A stretch of DNA of 63,825 bases, the filler included, from Choristocarpus tenellus KU-1152 (lineage: Eukaryota > Protista > Phaeophyceae): the NCBI GenBank assembly GCA_964200185.2. It is 9 parts of 9 records of this genome, joined end to end, with 100 filler letters (N's around TTAATTAATTAA, not from the genome) between each part and the next. Parts side by side here need not be neighbours in the genome. Positions count along the whole stretch, not along the records: positions 18,472 to 31,119 come from CAXNAD020001755.1; positions 31,220 to 34,006 come from CAXNAD020024759.1; positions 34,107 to 48,881 come from CAXNAD020001115.1; 6 more parts are not named here. One strand, 5' to 3'. Every line of letters starts with the position of its first letter. The first letter of the stretch is position 1. Both the position numbers and the translations under genes were made by a program. Under the pieces are notes generated by a model that did not search any database, was not told the origin of the DNA, and saw only the letters and a list, made by a program, of their open reading frames with translations. This document shows, one piece after another, positions 27,801-40,028 of this stretch.

Positions 27801-30800
27801 CAGGCTCATCTCATGTATGTTTTCCTGAAATATAATGAGTTAGTTATCACTCACTGCCCCTCATGGATCTCTAATTCAATCGATGACTGATTCAACCTTT
27901 GGAAAAAAATGTGAAGTCTTTTTTGCTCTCTTGGATTTTCCCTGGGAGGAGGCTGTCATGATAATTCCACCAGTCAGCATTCAATGCACTTTACACCAAC
28001 TGAAGTGCTGATTGCTTAGAACCAGCTCAGGAATTACTACCATGTATTGACAAATGATTACCCAAAGATTTCAACGCAAAAAAATGAACAGTGACACACA
28101 TGAAGGCCATCACATCTGGGTCATACATATCAGGGGCCAGAAAATTGTAAATAAGTCTCATCCTTTTTCTATGCAATGTGTGTAGTGTAAAGGCAATAAA
28201 CCAAAAGAGGAAGGACCTGATCCTCCAAGGCTTTGGGTTGTCATTAAAGACAAAACTACAGCATACACAAGGATCATGAATGGTGAACAGGTTATGCAAG
28301 GTGACAAGACCCCTTCGCAATGGACCATTACTACAGTGATACGACCAGACTCCTCTAATGATAGTAAATCCTGTCCTTTCTTCATCAAAAGTGAAGTCCT
28401 CTTTATGATGTATCATCAAGACATGAAAGGAAATACTGGAGACAAGTCAAGGTTACACTAGATCAATTCAAAAAACAAAAAACTCCATAGTTTATGCATC
28501 TAGCAATGAAAGTTTTCCCAAACCTAGATCACATCCATTTCATGCTGGCACAAGCTCAACAACTGCAAAAACATTCATGGACTCAAATGGTGACTTTAAA
28601 AAGTGGACACAATACATTGTACACAATTTCATCCCTTAACTCAGCTAGTGCACAACCTAAAGTAATTACAACCTGTCTCACATGTCACACAACCCATCAT
28701 GGCAGTACACCTACATTTTGTACAGCATAACCCAGCAGGTAAGGCATCATCTTGCTTCTCATAAAAATAAATCAACAGCAATGTAGAACTAGTAGCAGCT
28801 ACCAAGCTATGCCCAGTGATACAAGCATAAACTGCAAAATACAGATGAAAATGAGGGGGCTTCACTCAATGACTAGAACAAACCCCCTGAAGTAGGGGGG
28901 ACATTTTTCCGCTCAAGGATATACAACTTGCCATGGACTGTGAATGACACCCTCCTAATTGCATATTAAACCATCTGCACAAAAATGAAGATAGAGACAC
29001 AGAAGATTTAATCCTGCAAGATAAAAACGATCACTTTCCAGCGACACTGTAACCTCTAATCACCGGGGAATGACTGCTCAGCACAGACATGTAAGTTTTA
29101 TCTACATGTATGTACTGGTATTACTACTTCATAATATAATTTACATAGTACACGCATTTTTATCTGACTTATCAACCGTAGGGAGGCTGAATGAAGGGAA
29201 GGATAGCTATCTTTCAGCACTGATACTTCTGCTTCAGCATGTTGAGCTTTCACTGACATGTTTGCAGATGTATTTTTTCACTGAAGCTAAGCACGAAACA
29301 AACGATCAGAGCTTGTAGGTAAAAAAAACTTGCACAATACCACCAGACAGAGGTAGAGTACAAACTCAGAACAAACAAACAGAAAATCAAATCCAAAACC
29401 GCCTCAAGGCAAGACCAGCCCTCTTGTGCAAACACAAAGTACTTGTGAAGTGGTCTGTAGTCACAGACCATCATCTCCAATTGCTTCAAACTATTCCAAA
29501 TTGATAAACTATTCTCCAAGGACGAAAGACGAACACACGAGATTGAGAATTATTTGAAGTAACTCAGTTCGTAGGGCTGATGCACCAAAGAATTCGAAAT
29601 AAATATACATTTTTACATGTATATAGATGAATATAGGACAAAAGGGGACACTTCCGGTTCTTTATTCCAACAAGCTCACAAGCTGCGGACATCAAAGCTT
29701 CACAAGACTGACAAAATCTCACCCTCACTGTGTCTTGATAGGAAGTAGTAGCAGTGGTGGCAGCCGTCTTCCTTGCAGCAACCTTCTCCCTCACCGTTGG
29801 TCGCCTAGCACTAGTGCTGACCCCTGTCTGTACTGCTCCTGCTCGTTTCATGGCAGCTGCTGCAGCTGCTGATTGCCTGCCTCCAGCAGACCAGCTCCCT
29901 GTAGAAGAGCAGTCATGACTTGAATACCAGACACACATGGATGGCGTATTCAGCAACATCCGGCAAAAGAGAAAAGGAAGAAATTGTTACCTTCCGCCAA
30001 AGCTTCAGAGCTTCACTTGGTATCTGTCCCTGAAAAAAATATCAACTCCTGTTGTCATGTTGTCTTTTGCCCCTCTTCATCTGTGCATACAATTAGTACT
30101 CTGCAGTGACAGCTATCGTCAGCTCTTTCCCAAAGCGTTAGATCACCTGATCCAATAGGTAATACAAGTGCAAGCAATTTCATGGGAATGCTGACAGCTT
30201 CTATGTGCATTGAACAATACATAGGTTCAGTTCGGCACAGTGAATTGTCCTGAAAGAATGGCACGCCACTTTGAGATGAAATTATATACAGGATGAAAGA
30301 ACCGATTCTGACATTCAACCAGGTCCAGACATCACAACAGAGCATTCTTTGGTGCGTACTTCGAGGTGTACACTACACGTCCATAGCAACAGTCCCTCCA
30401 ACCAGTGTTACCAGCCATGTGAGCTGTTGAAGTCTATCTGGTGTCAACGCAACACCCCTCACGGTTGGCAGAAACCATGCCCACGACTTGATAATTACTA
30501 GCTACATTACGCAAACCAGACGACAACCCATCTCAAACTCAAACTTTAAAACGTCATTCCGATCGACCAAATTATACACCAAGACCCTACTGGCATAATA
30601 TAATTATAATATGCAATGTCCAAGAGAATTTAATAGTAACAACAGCATGCATGCTACTTGTTTTTATTCAGGAGTGCCACGCACTTGTCTAAGGATCTCT
30701 AGCAACAGAGACCACAGTTCAAACATACACATATAGACATACAAGCTCCAACTACCTTGCCTACGGGTTCAAGGCATAATGGAGAGAAGACTACATGCAC

Positions 30801-31002
30801 GAGGTACTTGTGAATATCTGTACAGTGCACACTACCTGCACACACAATCTTCAGTATTGAACATTGGTTTGAAATATCCGAAGTACTGCTGATCACTAAC
30901 CTGTCTGGGAACCTGTGCGCCAAACACACAGACTTGCCACATCGAACACAGAGGTGACTGTTTACATGCCCCAAGGTTACTCTACACTGTGGCGCCATAC
31001 AC
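24851..31002 (-). CDS. AN1-type zinc-finger protein with two C2H2 fingers and a C-terminal CaaX (ZFAND2/SAP-like); 5' end off contig
   Basis: Exons 31002-30901 (CMAPQCRVTLGHVNSHLCVRCGKSVCLAHRFPD), 29918-29723 (SHDC...), 25399-25226 (CPQCGASFGDVAALVAHVDDFH; alternative in-frame donor at 25184), 25048-24851 (CPFCEVVISDPTELVAHVESFH...NCRVS*). Phases are consistent. Confidence 0.82.
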
Positions 31003-31051
31003 CTGTTTCCTTACAAACGACCACGTAAGGAGAGCACCAGGTTACGACAGT

Positions 31052-31087
<36 letters not shown>

Positions 31088-31119
31088 AAGAAAAAAGGGG
31101 GGAGGAGGGGAGGGGGGGG

Positions 31120-31219
31120 NNNNNNNNNNNNNNNNNNNNNNNNNNNNNNNNNNNNNNNNNNNNTTAATTAATTAANNNNNNNNNNNNNNNNNNNNNNNNN
31201 NNNNNNNNNNNNNNNNNNN
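31120..31219. other. Artificial contig linker
   Basis: N44-TTAATTAATTAA-N44. Confidence 0.98.
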
Positions 31220-32949
31220 CCTTTGTTCTTGAGAGCTGGATGGCTTTTGATGTCCTTTCTTCCAGGTCTTGTCCTGATGGACCCCCCCCCCCCCCCCCCC
31301 CCCCACATACTTTGGGTCAGAGGCAGATAGGACAAACAGCAGAGGTGTAAAACCTCCAGAGTTTACCATGTCATCTTTTTCACAGCACCACACTAGTCAG
31401 TGATGATCCCGACCAATGGTCAGAGGCACTACAAACTGCACTACTCTCCTCATTATAATGCTATTATTGTCATTTGCTCACTTTAGTCTGGAACTTCTCC
31501 ACCACCTCCACGCCACCTAACCCCCTTGACCCGTGCTCTAATGGCAGTGCACGCTGCTCTATTTATAACCTACGAACTACTGCAACCGTTACACTACAAC
31601 CAATTGTGTTGCCCTGTGCATGCCTTCATCCTTTTCTTGTGTGTTGGATCCAGCTGTCATGCCGCTTGTCACTCCACCTCCTCCCTCAAATCCGATGTGT
31701 ACTCATCCGTTTGCAATGAATTTTCACCCCCACGATCCAGGGCTTTCTGCATCCCTTCTTGTGGCTCAGCTAGTGGTGGACCTCAACCTAAATATAATTT
31801 GTTTCAGACGATTTATGGGGGAAAAAAACATGTGCATCGTATCAAACAAGGTTGAAAATATTTTGATACTGAAATATCAAATTTGAAAAAAAAATGATTT
31901 TTGATACTTGAAGTATTTGTTGATACTTGTCTCTGCCATCTCTATTACTATAATTTACTGCTACCTATGCCTTCCCCAGTTGGCACCACAGTAATCCCCA
32001 CAAGCGCACAGCACCAGAGTGATATCAGCTACATCCCGAGAGAGGTGGTTGCACTTGGCAGCTACTATGTGTTGCCAGTAGAGAAGAATAAACTTTCAGA
32101 TTCAAATGATACTGAAGTGGCCTGTGCAGGCAATACTTCCATGCCACAACTACTCAGCTCTCAAAAAAACTCCTCATTTGCCTGCCACCATTTGAGGGGA
32201 CTATCTATCTCCTCCACCATGCCTACATCCGTTGGTTGCATACCACAATGCACCTCCCGCTGGAATTGCAGTTTATCCTCATAGGTAATCTCCAATCATG
32301 CCCTCTTGTGGGCACTTCCCTCCCCTCCATCTCCAAAGGAGGGCACCCCATCACTCCACTGCTGTGTGTGACGTCTTGATCGCCTTCTTGAACAGTTTGG
32401 TCATGCTAAACTGCTGGATGCTCTCGTCAGACTAGGAGGAGGTCTCTCCCCCCTCAAGGTCGCAATTATACCCAAGTATTTAGGTCTCAACCTGAACACC
32501 TGCTGACATCTGTGAAAGAATTTCTAAACCCATGACCTTCCTTTGGTGTTGGGAAAAATTCGCAGCCAATACCTCATCTTCACCATCAACTTCCTCACTG
32601 CCCCCCATGTTGCCTTCTGATATGTCGTTTTCTCTCTTCTTGTTGTTGCTGCCTTCGGTTCCATAGTCAAGTCCATTGTCTGGCGCAATCACCAGACCCT
32701 CATCTGCCGTATTGACAAGCAGAGCTAATATGTAGAAGTATTGACCAACAGAAAAAGTGGTTATGTGAAGAGTAATTCTCCATCCCTCTCAGACACGCAA
32801 TGTCTATATCAACATCACCCAGCGAAATAGTCATTGTGGCAACATGTAAATTTCTACTGGTGTGTGACAGTGTTTAGTAGTAGTGACTTGGTTTCTTGGT
32901 CACTTATTTTTCAGTTTTGAGAGGCAAAAATTCAGTTTGTATATCACTA

Positions 32950-33880
32950 TCTACTACATCACTAGCAAAGCCTCGACAACCTGTCGACATATAGTGGTGG
33001 TGCATTGGAAAGATCAGGATCCCGGTGTTATTACACAGGTGTACTTTTTGTTGGGAGGGCAACTGAGAAATTCAACAGATTCTTAAATGCGATACCTGCT
33101 AGCACCTAAAATCCCATCGACAAGGGGGTTTTCCACTGTTCAAAGTTTCTTCACGAGATACTTGCAATCCTACACAGGAGTGTCATAATTGGGGTTCTGA
33201 GGACCTTGCGACAGGGTGGGTCATGGCAAAGCGCGAGCCTGCCCTCACAATATATCAACACTAAGTGGTGCATTGGGAAATATTAAGGTCCTGGCATTCC
33301 ACCGGTACACAATTCGTCTGCAGGGTAGTGTTGGCAGTTGCACAGTGGCACCTAGAAGTTGAAATGTTGGTTCAGGGATTGACCGATCAGGTTGGTAATA
33401 ATGTTAACCTGATGAGGTCAAATGAAGCAACGGATTCTTACATGCTGTAGCTGGGAACTTTGCGCGGTGTTCCACAGTCTCAGATTCACACAGTTCGAAG
33501 CCATTTGCGAGATACAAGTGACCCTGCGCAGGGGTATCATAATTCGATCCTGAGGACATGCGACAGGATAGATAATGGGGAAGCAAAACTCGGAAAGAAT
33601 ATGGGTAAGGGGTTGAATGCGCTGATGGAGAAGAAGACAAAGATCGAGTTGCTATCATTGAGCAAAGCTGTGAATTGTGCCTGGATGAAGAAGTTAAAGC
33701 TGGAGACAACAAAAGGAGGATGAAGAGAGCGAGGTGAGGGAAGAGAATACCTCAATGCTCCCCGTGGGGCTGTTGATGACATCCTCTGAGTGTTAGAGGT
33801 TGAGGATCATGTAGATGAGAATGAATGAGAGCATGAGGGGGATGTGAACGAAGAGATGGATGGTGACATGGTAGCCTGTG
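32950..33880 (+). pseudogene. Degraded coding-like relic, possibly a hAT-type transposase C-terminus
   Basis: Interrupted frames (MRYLLAPK; ...RIDNGEAKLGKNMGKGLNALMEKKTKIELL...) followed by an acidic tail. The resemblance to a hAT dimerisation region is weak and is my inference. Confidence 0.25.
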
Positions 33881-33933
33881 TAGAGATTCAAAGGAACCAG
33901 GAGCCTGCATAGACTCAAAATACTCAAATTCTT

Positions 33934-34006
33934 GAGTGAAAGTATCTTAGAGGGTACGAGTTTTGCCCTGTTTGTCCATTTGGGGCTTGGCTTCCCGTGG
34001 GGTTTT
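33934..34006. mobile_element. MITE family A, truncated by the contig end
   Basis: GAGTGAAAGTATCTTAGAGGGTACGAGTTTTGCCCTGTTTGTCCATTTGGGG matches the family A terminus. Confidence 0.85.
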
Positions 34007-34106
34007 NNNNNNNNNNNNNNNNNNNNNNNNNNNNNNNNNNNNNNNNNNNNTTAATTAATTAANNNNNNNNNNNNNNNNNNNNNNNNNNNNNNNNNNNNNN
34101 NNNNNN
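34007..34106. other. Artificial contig linker
   Basis: N44-TTAATTAATTAA-N44. Confidence 0.98.
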
Positions 34107-34257
34107 AACAATCACCACCCCCCCCGGGAAAAAGGCTACGTCTAAAGGAAAAAAAAGAAAAAAAAAAAAAAAAAAAAAACGAACGAAAAATACATCACAC
34201 AGGTTCCCCCCTCACGACCAGTATTGTAAAGAACGGGAAGCATAACTTATTGCTAAC

Positions 34258-34808
34258 CTGTCCCTGTCCCGATCCCGGTGCCCTCCCCGTGGAGATGGTG
34301 AACGTCTCCGGCGACTTCCCCTGTCGCCATATTCTTGGGGCGGTGGTGGTGCCGACTGCTGCTGCGGTGGAGGGACATAACCATGCTGCGGCGTGGGGTC
34401 AGAAAACTGACCGGGCGCAGGCACCATGCCATTGTACCCGGCACCGTTACCATGATCTGTCGAATTTTGCGTAGGAGGGTGTGAGAGGATAAAGGACACA
34501 CAAAGTGAACACTCTTCACAAGTCCCGGAAAAAAAGGACACAACACTAAAAAAATAGGTTGTGAAAGCTCGTGCAAAGCCTCTCCTCAGAGGATCGGACA
34601 GGGCGACGAAAATTTTAATAGGATATGTGATTGGACCAAAGATGGACGAAGGTCTAAAAAAGTGACGTTCTCGGTTCTCACGATCTTGCCCAGGAGTTCC
34701 GCCATTAAGACCACCAGGCATATGAGCACCAGCATCCATCAGAGGTCCTCCACCTCCCTCCTTTGTCATCCATGCCGGAAGCGTCATTCCCCTCCCACGG
34801 CCCGCCAT
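34258..34808 (-). CDS. 5' exons of an RS/RD-rich splicing-factor-like protein (possibly U2AF large subunit); 3' end off contig
   Basis: Exon 34808-34682 MAGRGRGMTLPAWMTKEGGGG... ends C|gtgaga; exon 34456-34258 ...PPPQEYGDRGSRRRRSPSPRGGHRDRDRDR ends AG|gttagc. No RRM is visible before the contig end. Confidence 0.6.
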
Positions 34809-35167
34809 CTTTTCTAGGGTGCTTCGTTTCTCTCTGCCAATACCTCTTCCACCAGACAATCGCTCAAGAAATTCCCCAAACCAACAATTTTCTTATCCAA
34901 TAAACACTGGTTTCGACTCGTCGTTCGACTCCCCAATACACTTGCACCTTTCGACTTCAGTGATGAAGTCGTTGGAATGATCCTCTTTCTTCTCAAACTA
35001 CTACCAGTAGACTTTTTTTCCACGGTCGTGAACGCCACCCCTCAAACTGTATTGTGTTATGTACGGACATACCTATTTTCCTTGGAAGGCCATACTCAAG
35101 GTGACCTGTGGCGCCACAGAGTGAACACAACTTCAACAAAATCTAGTTTGGTGTTCAGTCTTCCACC

Positions 35168-38100
35168 ATGTCAACTTCTGGTACAGCACTGCTAATCGTC
35201 GACCCACAGAATGACTTCCACCCAGGGGGGTCCTTGGCAATTCCTGGAGCGGATACTGATGCAGAGCGTATCGCCTCATTAATCACACAACATGGTGGCA
35301 ACATTGATGAGATATTTGTCACTCTTGATTCCCACCATGTAAGAAGCATCTCATGGACATGTATAGTGTCTGATATGCATGACCTTGGTCTACTGAAGAA
35401 ATGGATACTTAGGAAAGTTGATCACTGAACTGGCTACCGATGGGCAGCCAAGTTGGCCTCTTCTCAGCCTCTTGTGAAGTATTGTTTTTGTCTCCACTTC
35501 TTACTCCGTCCAGTCCCATCAGACGGCATTTTGTCTCTGCGACATCTTGCCTGCATTGAATTTTATGTGCACCCCTCAACCCTATGTCATTCCTCCAGAA
35601 AATGGATATTGCTCACCCCAAGTTCTGGAAGAATTCGGAGGGATTCGCGCCTTCTCCGTTTACTCTCATTACCACTGAGGACATAATTGCTGGTCGCTGG
35701 GTTCCTGTGCAGGACCAATACCTGGTGCAGTATATACACTTGCAACTTACCTTTGGGCACTTATTTATATACCGGAGCACAACTATCAACACAAAGTGCA
35801 ATGTTAGTTTGTTCCTATATGCATCTCATGTTGAAAACCCATTTGAGGTGGGAGACCTTTACACTATCTTTCAACGTGACAATGAAGCAAGAACGCGGGA
35901 AAATATGTGTTCGACATAGGCTTTACTGACTTATCATGGAAGTCTCAAACCTCGCCCAGGAATATTGCAAGACTTATACTCAGCAGCTAGAGGAAGGCGG
36001 ACATTTCACACTCTGCATTTGGCCCGAGCATTGCCTGGTAAGGTTGGCCTCTGTCGGTGTGTCCCAATTGCATTGTTTTCCCCTACCCCACATATTGCTT
36101 TGCGTGTCCATTCTTTGGCTGGCCCATGCAAGACAAAATAATAGACCAAGAAAGTATTGTTACGTGTAACCATTGACGTTTCTCATCTTTTGTGATACAA
36201 TGTCGTGGGAAAAATTCAAATTGCGAATCAAGATATGGAGATCGAACTCGGCGTATCCATCCCTCTTTCCATCGTGTGATGTTCTGAATACCAAACACTG
36301 TAAAGCAGGCTTTTCTTCTTCCGTCCAGTGTGAGAAAGGAAAACAGAAAAAAAAAATCAATTTAAAGAGCGAGAACAACTCGCGTGAAAGCTGCCATTAT
36401 CATGGCAAACTGTTGGAGCAGAATAATAGGGAGTGCAACCAGCATAGCAAGTGCAGAATGTTAGCAAACACTTTATGTATGTGTTGGAAATGACCCGTAT
36501 ATTCTACTCTTCTCCACAGATTGGGACAATTGGGCATGCTGTCTACCCATGCATCAACCAAGGTGAGCTTTGTGTGCGCTCCCCCCCTCTGATCAAGTCC
36601 AGGTAGCAGAACGTATGTGGATTCCCGAGGTGATTCTGTGTAAAATTTTGGGGCATTGACATCGGCAATGTTAATGGAAGCGAACAATGATGGATGACAG
36701 TTATATGCTGAGAGAGATGCTGATCAATTCAACTCAGTAGAGGGTAACAATTTACCTTTGTGCTTGGTGATGTATTATCTAGATAGTGTGTGCAAGGGCA
36801 AGTGCATCAGGTGTGCATGAAGGTACTTACTGATCTCAATGACTGATGTCATCCGCTTGCATTGGGTGTGAGCTCTTCTTTGTTCAGAATACTATGTGTG
36901 TACCTCAGGAGAACCAAGGATGGTGTAGCACCGGTCAATACCATGGACAATAGCAAACCTTCATGTTTGTAATCACCTTCCCCACAATCTTCCATTGCAA
37001 CTTACAACTTGGACAGCTCTGCAGAACTGGGCCGCAACACAAATGAAGAGGGTAACCTACGTGCACAAGGGAGAAAATGCCCTCACTGAGCACTACAGGT
37101 AGTTAGGGTTGTTCCCTCGTGTGGACCAATGCTAGGGTCAGTCAGTACAGCAGTCAGGGCAACAGTTCCGATCTTCGTCGCCAATATTGAAGACATGACT
37201 CCAAAATGCAAGCTATGAAAGCATTAGTCTGAGCAATGTGGGGACAGTGCAAGACCGATCAATACGTGTTACAGGGTAGTGTTGGAGTGTGTAGTTATTT
37301 CAATATTTTTGTGTGTAATCTGTAGGTTTGTCTTTGTGTGTCCTACTCCAGATGCTAAGCTCTGTAAATGCTAGCTATTGATTGCAGTAGCTTTTTCAAG
37401 GCCAGAGTTCGCAGCTTTTGATGTAGGGAGCACTGCTTGGGAGTATTCTACACTCAAGCAAATGTATCTCAAACATGTACAGTAGCCCTCGTGTATATTT
37501 ATAGTGTTCATAGCATTGTGTTAGTGTTGGAGGTCTTGAACACAGTGGAACTTTTATTCACCATGCCCTTTACCAGCTCCATTGCCTCACTCTGATAACT
37601 GATGACGGCCTGTGTGGTGCTTCCAAACTGCTAACTTTTTTTTTGTAATTGCAAGGTGTGGACAACACAGGATCCTAGGTACTGAGTACTTTGAAGTTGC
37701 CTCATGCCCATAATACCCTGATACCTTATACAATGTAGTACTGTGGCTCACGCCTTATTACCACTAGAGCACAATATCTACATTCTACAACTTGAAATTT
37801 CATAGTATGCCTTAGTATTGGCGACTAACTAGAAGTAGTGATGCTTTATGCTGCTGACCAATAGATACTGCACTACCTATCAGGCTTTATTGCAACTGTT
37901 CCTTCCACGTTATAAGCTGGTAGGTCATTTTTGCAGTGGGGTTTTTCTCAGTGGCAAAGCTCGCACTCATTTTTGTTTTGTGTGCGTCCAAGAATGTGTG
38001 CTCTTGTCGTATATTACATTTTCTCTCTTTCTTTAGCTGTTCATGTTTGTCCATTCTGCCATGCTGAACTGTTGGCTAGGGCACCTCCTCCAGCAATCAC

Positions 38101-38803
38101 CACCTCTTGTGCTAGCTTCTCCCTGTAATATCACCAACCACTGCTCCCCCTAACACTAGAACTCTTGGCTCTCATCTGCTGTCCACACATAACAGCTGCT
38201 TCCGTGCTGAGGTCCTGCTGGAAGATGACCCCTCCACAGGACTTAACAAGACCCTCTTGTCTGACTTGAGGTCTTTTGAGCGTGTTTTGGTGTGTGGCCA
38301 GGCCCTCTCCCACTGTGTCAACTTTTCTGTACGTGACCTAGTCAAGGCGTGGGACCTCTCACGAATGTCAAACTTGGTAGTCATCAATGATGCTTCAACT
38401 TCTGTGCCAGGTCACGAGGTAAGATGCTTTCCAAGTAACGGGTCTGTAGCTACAGAGCTCTGAAAGTGTGCTACGCTAGGGGGAAATGGTGAATTCATGG
38501 GTGGAGCAATGTATCACAGAAGATATGGATACTACCTTCATATTTTGGTGGAGAGAGTACCGTTGTTGGTGTTTTGTTTCAGAATCTATGTAAGTATGAT
38601 GAAGTATGTAATCGATGAAGTCTTGGAACTTTTTCTTTTCCTTTGAACTGCTACTGCTGCTTGGAGGACGACTCTGTTGCACTGCTCTCTCTAATCTCCA
38701 CTTCAACTCTTTTGTTTGCACTGAACAGGATGTGGGAGAGACGTTCTTGAAGGAAATGGAGGACATTGGGGTGACTATCACAACCGCAGACAAGTCTTTT
38801 TAG
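35168..38803 (+). CDS. Nicotinamidase / isochorismatase-family cysteine hydrolase, 7 exons, 265 aa
   Basis: Exons 35168-35338, 35599-35724, 35960-36037, 36520-36562, 37017-37098, 38196-38418, 38729-38803 (798 nt, all GT-AG). Motifs LLIVDPQNDF, TLDSH, WPEHCLIGTIGH, HKGEN..TEHYS, VCGQALSHCV (Asp-Lys-Cys triad and metal ligands). Confidence 0.93.
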
Positions 38804-39765
38804 TATTTTGATCTGTACACACGCTCAGATGTGCCCTGTGGTCATGTTACGTGGTTGCATGTGGTCGAGCACCTGTCAAATTCAGAACTATTGTAAATAG
38901 GAATAATTGGTGAGTATCAGTGTATCATAAATCGATTCAGAACAACTTGATGGAAATGATTGAATCGAACCTTGCACACCAAGGCAAGCGGGCCTCTCAC
39001 AGTTGACTGAGAGAAAGTCTGCCATTACGAAATAATACTGAGAGCGACAAGGAAGTTCAAAGCAAATCAAGCAGCACACATACGCCTGAGGAATTAATCG
39101 TCCAATGGAACCATGAGAATTCTAAATATATAATCTAAACTCCACACACTCATACTACCTGCTTCGTATGCTGGTTGGTGTAGAACAGAAATATGCTCTG
39201 CTAGGACCGTCACTTACTCTAGGGTAACGATTTTCGTAAGACTTGCCAGTGGCGAAAGAGATTAACGTATGCTGTGCGAAACAACTCACGTTGATTAGTC
39301 CGCTCTATTGTTCTCACGGCTCATCTGCTTTTTTTTTCAGAGTGCATTTAGTGGGTGATTTACTGCAGTTTTATTTTTGTTTCATATTTTTGTTGCAAAC
39401 TGTGCAAGGCTTGAAAGCCTCCCATCCGCACTCACTCACATGCACATCTGCTCATTCACATTCTCCCATTTCTTAGCAATGTTTCAGGACTCCAAAATGG
39501 TGATGTGAAGCAGTCGATCTTAACTCGACAAAAAATGGAAGAACTAGCCAACACCAATGACACCCTTCAGTCGAATCATAGGGAGCAGAGGAAATAGTGG
39601 TCTCCAATGTGGCAGCTGTGTAGTAAATGTGTTACTCTTGACTTGACAGGAATTGAGGAGTGGTAGTGCCCGAAAATTCGAGGAGATGAGTCTTCGGCAT
39701 TGTGAAGGTCATGACGCCTGTGTCCGCCAATTTGCTATGGCGTAGTTCTCAAAAGTAGATGCAAA

Positions 39766-40028
39766 GAGTTGAAGTAAAGTAGAGGTACCCAGAGTTGTGC
39801 TTTTAGGATGCTGACAAATATGTCAAAAATAATTCGACTTTTTAACAAATAATGTCTGAAGGATATTTTCTGAAATCTGTGGAAAAGTCTTGACCAACAG
39901 AGAAATTAACCCTCTCAAGTCAAACTTAGCTCTTCACTCATATTTCTATGGGTAAATTGTGAAGATCGAGAAACTGATTTAAAATTCAACAAGGTCAAAA
40001 CCTGGGTACCTCTCGTTTGCTTTGGCCC
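39766..40028. mobile_element. MITE family C (~263 bp), diverged copy
   Basis: GAGTTGAAGTAAAGTAGAGGTACC...GGTACCTCTCGTTTGCTTTGGCCC; internal CTCAAGTCAAACTTAGC shared with 60844-61106. Confidence 0.65.

Noticed and set aside
25800-28750. LINE- or hAT-like relics in the long AN1 intron (similar patches at 9000-9700, 14300-15100, 17100-17700, 55200-55750)
   Set aside because: Coding-like texture but no motif that I could assign with confidence; a translated search against TE libraries is needed.
29990-30028. 39-nt candidate exon with good splice signals inside the AN1 gene
   Set aside because: In the required phase it introduces a TGA within the AN1 finger. It could only be a poison exon, and nothing supports that.
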